DNA of 31,221 nt, from contig JAOUFI010000023.1 of assembly GCA_029858305.1 (NCBI GenBank), positions 1-31,221 of the forward strand. The letters run 5' to 3'. The position numbers and the translations under genes were made by a program. The stretch is from Candidatus Thorarchaeota archaeon. GTDB lineage: Archaea > Asgardarchaeota > Thorarchaeia > Thorarchaeales > Thorarchaeaceae. Shown one piece after another: positions 25,211-31,221 of this stretch (its first letter is position 1; each line of letters opens with the position of its first letter). The notes under the pieces were generated by a model that searched no databases, was not told the origin of the DNA, and saw only the letters and a list, made by a program, of their open reading frames with translations.

Positions 25211-26662
25211 GTGGAGCGGATAGAAATTCTAAAAACCCAGCGAAGACAACTTACCAGTGTCGGAATCGATATTGGCTCCTCAACTTCTCATGTTGTATTC
25301 AGTAAGATTGTACTAGAAAAGAATACAAAGTCTCCAACTGAAAAATTTGAGATCGTTGACCGTGAGGTGCTTCATTCTGGTCCTATCCATCTCACACCAT
25401 TTAAGGATGCAAGAAATATTGACTTCCCATCATTGAGAGACCTACTTCTTGAAGACTATAGAACAGCTCAAATTGCCATTTCTGACATTGATACAGGAGC
25501 GGTAATAATCACTGGAGAAACAGCTAAGAAAAGCAATGCTGAGTGGATAGTTAATGCCCTTGCAGGTGAATCCGGTAAATTTGTCGCTGCAACCGCGGGT
25601 CCCAATTTTGAAGCAGTTCTTGCAGCGTATGGATCTGGCGCAGTGGCAAAATCACTCATTACAGGCAAAACAATAATGAACGCTGATGTTGGAGGGGGCT
25701 CATCCAATATCGCGGTATGCAAGGAAGGGAGAGTGGTGGCAACAGCGGCAATTAATGTTGGAGGACGTCTTGTTGCTACTGACGAAGCCAGAAAAATCAC
25801 CCGATTAGAAGAAACTGGTAAGAAACTTGCAACTCTCATTGGACTCAACCTTGAATTAGGAGATACTCTTGATGAGCGTGATGCATGCAGACTTGCTGAT
25901 GCATTAGCTGATGCCCTTATTGAAGGATTACTTGGCAAGATTAGCCTTCAGAGTACACAGCTATTAATGATGACACCACCTCTCCAATTCATGGATCATA
26001 TTGATGTGATCACATTCTCAGGAGGAGTTGCAGAATACTTCTATGGAATTGAGGAAAAGCAATTCAATGATCTAGGTGTTCAACTAGCGAACTCGATCAA
26101 AGTCAAGACAAAAACACTCGGAATACCAATCGAAAAACCAGACCAAAGAATCCGAGCAACGGTAATTGGTGCTGGAAATTTCAGCCTACAGGTTAGCGGA
26201 TCAACAACATTTCTCTCAACTGGTCTTGAGTATCCAATCCGAAATCTTCCCGTGATTGTCCCCTTCACTCCTAAAAGAAAGGCAATCGCAGAGGATGTTG
26301 AGAAAGCTATTGTGAATGCACTCACAAGATTCGATTTACGCGAGGGAGAAGACAGAATGATTCTCTCATTCAACGATGCAGTCCGACCATCTTATGAGAA
26401 TCTTACCGAGTTTTCTAGGGGCGTCGTTGCAGCCCTACCCAATACAATATCTAAGAATCAGCCTATTATGATGTGTTTCGATACAGATATTGGTAATAGC
26501 GTAGGAAATATCATGAGGCGGGAAACAGGAATAACAAATGAGATACTCTCCATCGATGAGATTTCTCTCAGAGAAGGAGATTTCATCGATATTGGAGCGC
26601 CGATCATTGAGGATGTAGTTGTGCCAGTTATCGTGAAGACACTTGTATTCGATGCAGACTGA
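25211..26662 (+). CDS. eutA: EutA-like reactivating factor for ethanolamine ammonia-lyase (actin-like ATPase fold)
   Basis: SVGIDIGSSTSH, DTGAVIITGETA...NA, FVAATAGPNFE..LAAYGSGA, NADVGGGSSN, INVGGRL, FSGGVA, IRATVIGAG, SGST, IDEI, GDFIDIG, VPVIVKTLVF. Confidence 0.9.
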   Translation: MERIEILKTQRRQLTSVGIDIGSSTSHVVFSKIVLEKNTKSPTEKFEIVDREVLHSGPIHLTPFKDARNIDFPSLRDLLLEDYRTAQIAISDIDTGAVIITGETAKKSNAEWIVNALAGESGKFVAATAGPNFEAVLAAYGSGAVAKSLITGKTIMNADVGGGSSNIAVCKEGRVVATAAINVGGRLVATDEARKITRLEETGKKLATLIGLNLELGDTLDERDACRLADALADALIEGLLGKISLQSTQLLMMTPPLQFMDHIDVITFSGGVAEYFYGIEEKQFNDLGVQLANSIKVKTKTLGIPIEKPDQRIRATVIGAGNFSLQVSGSTTFLSTGLEYPIRNLPVIVPFTPKRKAIAEDVEKAIVNALTRFDLREGEDRMILSFNDAVRPSYENLTEFSRGVVAALPNTISKNQPIMMCFDTDIGNSVGNIMRRETGITNEILSIDEISLREGDFIDIGAPIIEDVVVPVIVKTLVFDAD

Positions 26663-26728
26663 GAATGACAGCTAGATAGTCTCTCTGCTAGCCACTACTC
26701 GTCCTGACTATATAGAATGCAAATGTAG

Positions 26729-27937
26729 TCAATCTTCATTATCATGGCGGGAGTAGTTGTTGTGACGCCTTTTTCGAATATGTGAGATGACCATATATCC
26801 AAAGGGAACAGTAATTTGTTCTTCAGATGGACGATAGGGTTTTTCAGGCACTACAATTATGGGCCTTGTTTCTTGTTCTTCAAACCACATTCGAGTATCA
26901 ACATCCGCCCATATGCGACTTCCAAAGCGTAGAACAGATCTATGAAGTCTGGCTAACAGTAATCCTATGAAGAACAGAAATGGAAGTGGAAACATGCTTG
27001 TTATAGATAGGCTCCAAGGTGAAATGAATATAGATATTGCAATATAACCAATTACTGGAAAGATATCACCGAGAATTCCCATAAACATCATTCTGCGATG
27101 CGTGATATCATGCTTGAGATATCTGTAGATATCTCTGACATAAAGAAAACGAACAGCACTTAGAATCCCCAATATAGGAAGATAGAAGAATGGCATTCCC
27201 ATTCCTGAGATAATCGAAGATCCGATATCAACAATGACATAGATTCCGGAATTTATATTCATAGTATATGAAAAAGAAAGAATGGCAGCATACGTGTTAT
27301 AGAAAGTATACTGATAAAGCATAAAGAAAGGTAGAAAGAACAAAGCCATCCAAAGAATTGTTGCGAGGAACTTTTCTCGTCTGACCCTCAATTGAGGATT
27401 CATCTCAATCTCTCTCATAGTGTGACTATGCAATTCTTCTGGAGAAGCAATAATTACAGCTTGCCGTTGTATCATTGGTAGAATCACGAAAGCACCAATT
27501 ACAAATGTTGGAAAAATTTGAATATTTTGAATGAGTTGATAATTATAATAATAGACTGGATTGAAAATAGGCATCAGAATTAGTTCAGCCATGAAGATCA
27601 TGAAGGAAGAAAGGATCATTATCCCAATCGCTAAATTTCGAAAAGGCTTGTCTGCAGGACTATGCATCAATCGATAGTTGAAGGAAATGGCTGGAAATGC
27701 AAGAAACACACCCATAAGAAAATTCCTCATAATATCAGACATCAAAATGGGTTGAGCAGTTACCTGCTCTACAAAATAATAGATAAAATTGTTCGATGGA
27801 GTAAAAAGCAGTCCATTTAATGGAAGGAAGAGTATGTCTATTCCACTCCTGATGTTGAATTGAAGTGGAACAAGCATCACTAATAGTGCTTTCAGTAGCA
27901 ATCTTAGCCAAGTAGGTAAATGGATAGATTGTCGCAC
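26729..27937 (-). CDS. Polytopic membrane protein of unknown function
   Basis: About 8-9 hydrophobic helices in two similar halves and a basic C-terminal tail; no motif recognised. Confidence 0.7.
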   Translation of the reverse strand: MRQSIHLPTWLRLLLKALLVMLVPLQFNIRSGIDILFLPLNGLLFTPSNNFIYYFVEQVTAQPILMSDIMRNFLMGVFLAFPAISFNYRLMHSPADKPFRNLAIGIMILSSFMIFMAELILMPIFNPVYYYNYQLIQNIQIFPTFVIGAFVILPMIQRQAVIIASPEELHSHTMREIEMNPQLRVRREKFLATILWMALFFLPFFMLYQYTFYNTYAAILSFSYTMNINSGIYVIVDIGSSIISGMGMPFFYLPILGILSAVRFLYVRDIYRYLKHDITHRRMMFMGILGDIFPVIGYIAISIFISPWSLSITSMFPLPFLFFIGLLLARLHRSVLRFGSRIWADVDTRMWFEEQETRPIIVVPEKPYRPSEEQITVPFGYMVISHIRKRRHNNYSRHDNED

Positions 27938-28016
27938 TAACGAAGCCTCAGGGATATATTGCGTTATTACCTAATAAAAATGTCCAACTAAGAATTTCTG
28001 TACTGATATAATATTT

Positions 28017-28460
28017 CTAGAAATACTTTTTTTCTAGATTCCTAAACCATGGTGCGACCTTGGCATTTTCAACTCTATCCGAGGATGGCAAGTAGGGTTT
28101 AATATCGAGGAGAGGGGTTCCATCATCTGCATCCATGTGATCGACAATAATGTAGGAATTTAATTTGTCAATCTCTTTAATTCTAACTATCGTATGACCT
28201 ATAGGATTTGGTCTTGCAGGAGACCTACAAGCAAAGACGCCTGAAGCAGTCAATCCCTTTTTCTTCGGAGGGTCTGCAAGGATTGTTCGTCGAGCTTCAG
28301 GAGTATCCATTCGGTTAATCCACCAAAGCACAATAATATGAGAAAACAAATCAAGGTGGACTGTGGCATCCCAGAATTCTTTCTCGATAACGAGCCAAAT
28401 GCCCGAGTCCGTTTTTCTGACGTGACCAATTGAAATGAGATTATATATCATCTCCAGCAC
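28017..28460 (-). CDS. trmO: TrmO/TsaA (YaeB)-family SAM-binding tRNA methyltransferase, single-domain form
   Basis: FSHIIVLWW, GVFACRSPARPNPIG, DADDGTPLLDIKPY. Confidence 0.88.
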   Translation of the reverse strand: MLEMIYNLISIGHVRKTDSGIWLVIEKEFWDATVHLDLFSHIIVLWWINRMDTPEARRTILADPPKKKGLTASGVFACRSPARPNPIGHTIVRIKEIDKLNSYIIVDHMDADDGTPLLDIKPYLPSSDRVENAKVAPWFRNLEKKYF

Positions 28461-28664
28461 CTTTAATGATATTTGTTAGTAATCGATAGAATAGATTAAT
28501 CAAACGATTCAGAATAAGTGATGTAAGATGGAAAACAAATACAAAAAAATGCATTCAATGCTTCTTGATAGTTGTCGACATAGATTCATTTAGAATATTT
28601 CAATAGTCTGAAATAGAGGTCTCGATGCATTAAAAGGACTGTATGACTCAAATTAAGGATTAGG

Positions 28665-29783
28665 TTGAATGCTATGAAAGCAATCAAGATTGGCAATGTT
28701 AAAAGTGAACCAGGCAAGATTAACTACGGATTCATTGATGCAATGGCTCTACCTACTGGCACAGTAGATAGAATTCCAGTAGTTATCGCTCAGGGCAATA
28801 AAGAAGGACCAACATTTTTCCTTACTGCTAATATCCATGGCAATGAACTAACTGGTGTTGCAGTTCTCCATGAATTAGTAACGGAAGATTTAGTTAGGGA
28901 TCTAAAGGGGACAATTGTTTCGATTCCAACCCTAAATCCAACAGCTTTGAGACTTTATCAACGGCATCCAGAGTATCAAGATGAAGATCCAAATCGTCAA
29001 TTTCCAGAAGGCAGATTTGCGAAACCAGACGAAGAAGATGAAGATAAGAAGTATCCAAAACCCTTCGAACAGGTAGCCAATCTTCTCTATTCATACTTCG
29101 AAAAATATGCAGACTATCATTTGGATATTCACAATCATTCCCTTCGCTCTGTTCCCTACTCAATCCTAGATCGCATCTTTTATGACGGTGTTGAAGAAAG
29201 AGCAGAGGCTGAAGAGCTGGCCAAAAAGCAACTTGGCATGGTTGAAGCATTTGGCGCAGGAGCTATGATAACTACAGATTTTCCACCCAAGAAATACATG
29301 AATTTGAAATATCACAGGTCATTATCTGGCGCGGTATTGAATACTCTTAGAATACCAGCCTTCACAGTTGAACTTGGAAGTAACAGCGTACTTATTCCGG
29401 AGATTGTTACTGGTGCGGTAAAAGCAACAAGGAATCTTCTGAGATGGGCAGGTATGCTAGAGTCACCAAAGGAGAAAATCACGGAATACAAGGTACCGAT
29501 ACCTGAGTATCGAATTAGACGTATCGAGCATCCCCGTGGAAAACATTCGGGTATTGTGAAACTACTCGTCGGTCCTGGTGAGAAAGTGGCAAAGGGCCAA
29601 GTTATTGCTAAGATTACGGATATTCATGGAAGACCACTAGGTGATGGTGTCATCAGAACTGAGCATGAAGGGTATATGATAGCTCTTCGGGATCAGATGA
29701 CTGTTTACCCGAATATGGGAATAGCTGAAATGGGAATCAAAGATGAGGATGAGATCCTATCTCCTATGCCTCCAAAAGACTGA
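28665..29783 (+). CDS. Succinylglutamate desuccinylase/aspartoacylase-family (M14) zinc hydrolase
   Basis: HGNELTG, DPNRQFP, LDIH, FTVELG; C-terminal barrel-sandwich segment (GIVKLLVGPGEKVAKGQVIA). Confidence 0.9.
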   Translation: MNAMKAIKIGNVKSEPGKINYGFIDAMALPTGTVDRIPVVIAQGNKEGPTFFLTANIHGNELTGVAVLHELVTEDLVRDLKGTIVSIPTLNPTALRLYQRHPEYQDEDPNRQFPEGRFAKPDEEDEDKKYPKPFEQVANLLYSYFEKYADYHLDIHNHSLRSVPYSILDRIFYDGVEERAEAEELAKKQLGMVEAFGAGAMITTDFPPKKYMNLKYHRSLSGAVLNTLRIPAFTVELGSNSVLIPEIVTGAVKATRNLLRWAGMLESPKEKITEYKVPIPEYRIRRIEHPRGKHSGIVKLLVGPGEKVAKGQVIAKITDIHGRPLGDGVIRTEHEGYMIALRDQMTVYPNMGIAEMGIKDEDEILSPMPPKD

Positions 29784-29788
29784 ATCAA

Positions 29789-31221
29789 TCAACCAGCTGT
29801 AAAGATCATCCTTGAAACAGCGGAGCGTAAGTCCTCTTCTGAGAGATACCCAGACAACTGTTCAGGGCCTAAATAGATAGTAGGCAAAGCAGGGAGATCA
29901 TCCTCAGAAACCTCGTTTGTAGGATCATCAACATTGATGATGTTTACAATAAACGGATCAATACCCATCTCTGCAAGAACAGAAGTTAGACTTGCTAATA
30001 CTGGACCACAGAAGACACAGTGATCGGATTTGTAGAAGAGAATCTGTGGAATCGGTAATGCTTCTTTCCATGCTGGTATTAGCACAACAAACTTGGAACC
30101 TTGAATCCGTTTTCCCTCGAGGATGTCCTCAATCCAAATCCTGCCACCTAAGTGTGAGATATATCTATCAACAACTGTGAGACCAAGACCCCTTCCGGCT
30201 AATGGGTCCTTGGACTCTCCCGCTCTTCTAAAGATACGCGCTTTCTCCTCATCAGAGATTCTTAGGTCTGTGTCCTCAAATTCTATTCTCACCATATTAT
30301 CGACTTCTGTTCTGTGAGCTTGAATATTTAGATGGACTATCTCACCCAAATCGACGCTTGCGCAATAGTGAATGATATTGAAAAATATGTACCACATGAA
30401 CGCATGACCAGTCACAATAAATGCATTATCTGCAATATTTGAGGAGATTTGAATGGTCTTCCATTCAAAGTCTCTCAGAGCTTCTCTAACTGCTTTATTA
30501 AAATGAGGTAATAGGCGAGTTTGAGTCTTCTCAGGAGGAGATTGGTCAAGAGATATTAGGACACCCATATTAGCAATCATACGTGCTGCGTTCCGCAGAC
30601 TCCAGGCAGTCTCACTTAGGAGGTTCTTTAGACGTTCAGGAAGGTCAATTGAAATGCTCAAGTCTTCTAGTGCAAAAAGGACATTCTGATTCGTCATATT
30701 CAAATCGCTGGTCATAACATCAAGGTAGAGATTTGCTCTTTCACTCTCTTCTCGAAGATTTTGTTCCATTGCGCGACGTCGTGTTATATCAACCGCAGTC
30801 AGAGCAATTTCAATTGGTTTGTCAGGGACCGATGCTAACGATCGCGCGGATACACTTGCCCAAAGGCTTTTTCCTTCCCTACCTCGAAATTCCATCTCAA
30901 GGTCCTTAATGCTTTTACCGATGAGTACTTCTCGTATAATGTCTGTACCAGGATTATAACCCGGTTTTGGTTCAGGAAGGAAATCGGAAATCGGCCGCCC
31001 TATAATGTCCTCGGCATTTGATCTGAGGAGTTCTTCGGTTGCAGCATTAACTTGTTCTATCATCCCATTTCGATTCAATGTAAAGTAAGCAACCGGAGAA
31101 ACATCATAAAGAGATGCGAATCGATTTTCTAACTCTGTCACTGCAGCCTCCAATGCAATTTGCTTTGATATGTTCTTAATACTAGCAAGAGTGGCTGGTT
31201 TTCCCTTTAGAGTGACATGGG
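29789..31221 (-). CDS. PAS pseudo-histidine kinase with C-terminal thioredoxin-like (CVFC) domain; 5' end lies beyond the window
   Basis: The frame stays open from 31153 to the edge (HVTLKGKPATLASIKNISKQIALEAA, the PAC end of a previous PAS). It is colinear with 10254..12056, but the H box reads DVMTSDL, the N box NIIHYC and G1 DTDLR; tail FYKSDHCVFC...LPALPTI. Confidence 0.88.
   Translation of the reverse strand, partial: HVTLKGKPATLASIKNISKQIALEAAVTELENRFASLYDVSPVAYFTLNRNGMIEQVNAATEELLRSNAEDIIGRPISDFLPEPKPGYNPGTDIIREVLIGKSIKDLEMEFRGREGKSLWASVSARSLASVPDKPIEIALTAVDITRRRAMEQNLREESERANLYLDVMTSDLNMTNQNVLFALEDLSISIDLPERLKNLLSETAWSLRNAARMIANMGVLISLDQSPPEKTQTRLLPHFNKAVREALRDFEWKTIQISSNIADNAFIVTGHAFMWYIFFNIIHYCASVDLGEIVHLNIQAHRTEVDNMVRIEFEDTDLRISDEEKARIFRRAGESKDPLAGRGLGLTVVDRYISHLGGRIWIEDILEGKRIQGSKFVVLIPAWKEALPIPQILFYKSDHCVFCGPVLASLTSVLAEMGIDPFIVNIINVDDPTNEVSEDDLPALPTIYLGPEQLSGYLSEEDLRSAVSRMIFTAG

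Noticed and set aside
31151-31153. TTG at 31153 as the start of the last gene
   Set aside because: The frame stays open to the window edge and the upstream residues align with the first PAC motif of the paralogue at 10254..12056.

Overview
A gene-dense (about 30 CDS) prokaryotic chromosomal window. I found no rRNA, tRNA, CRISPR array or mobile element. Several features suggest an archaeon, most plausibly Asgard (Thorarchaeota-like): 24-aa LRR paralogues, TATA-like promoters, a PIP-box-like tail on the Y-family polymerase, and soluble PAS kinases. That taxonomy is inference only. Contents in order: coiled-coil/wHTH protein, two LRR paralogues, bPH_2 membrane protein, YbjN-like protein, PadR plus HAAS membrane protein, NfeD/YqiJ-like protein with a ~135-aa His/Asp/Glu tetrapeptide repeat followed by a flotillin, a TusA/membrane protein/DsrE sulfur-carrier cluster, a PAS-PAS histidine kinase with a C-terminal CxxC thioredoxin-like domain, ArsR plus P1B ATPase, ABC exporter, SfsA, REC-DHp protein, DinB, 4xPAS kinase, serine racemase/dehydratase, YhhN, flavin-binding PNPOx-like protein, ACT protein, a locally orphan EutA, a membrane protein, TrmO, an M14 deacylase, and a second kinase-thioredoxin paralogue (cut by the window edge) that lacks the phospho-His and ATP-binding residues. 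The best candidate for an undescribed system is the kinase/pseudokinase pair carrying HCVFC thioredoxin-like domains, with the intact copy next to TusA/DsrE. This could be a thiol/persulfide-responsive signalling circuit. The second candidate is the His-repeat NfeD-flotillin module.
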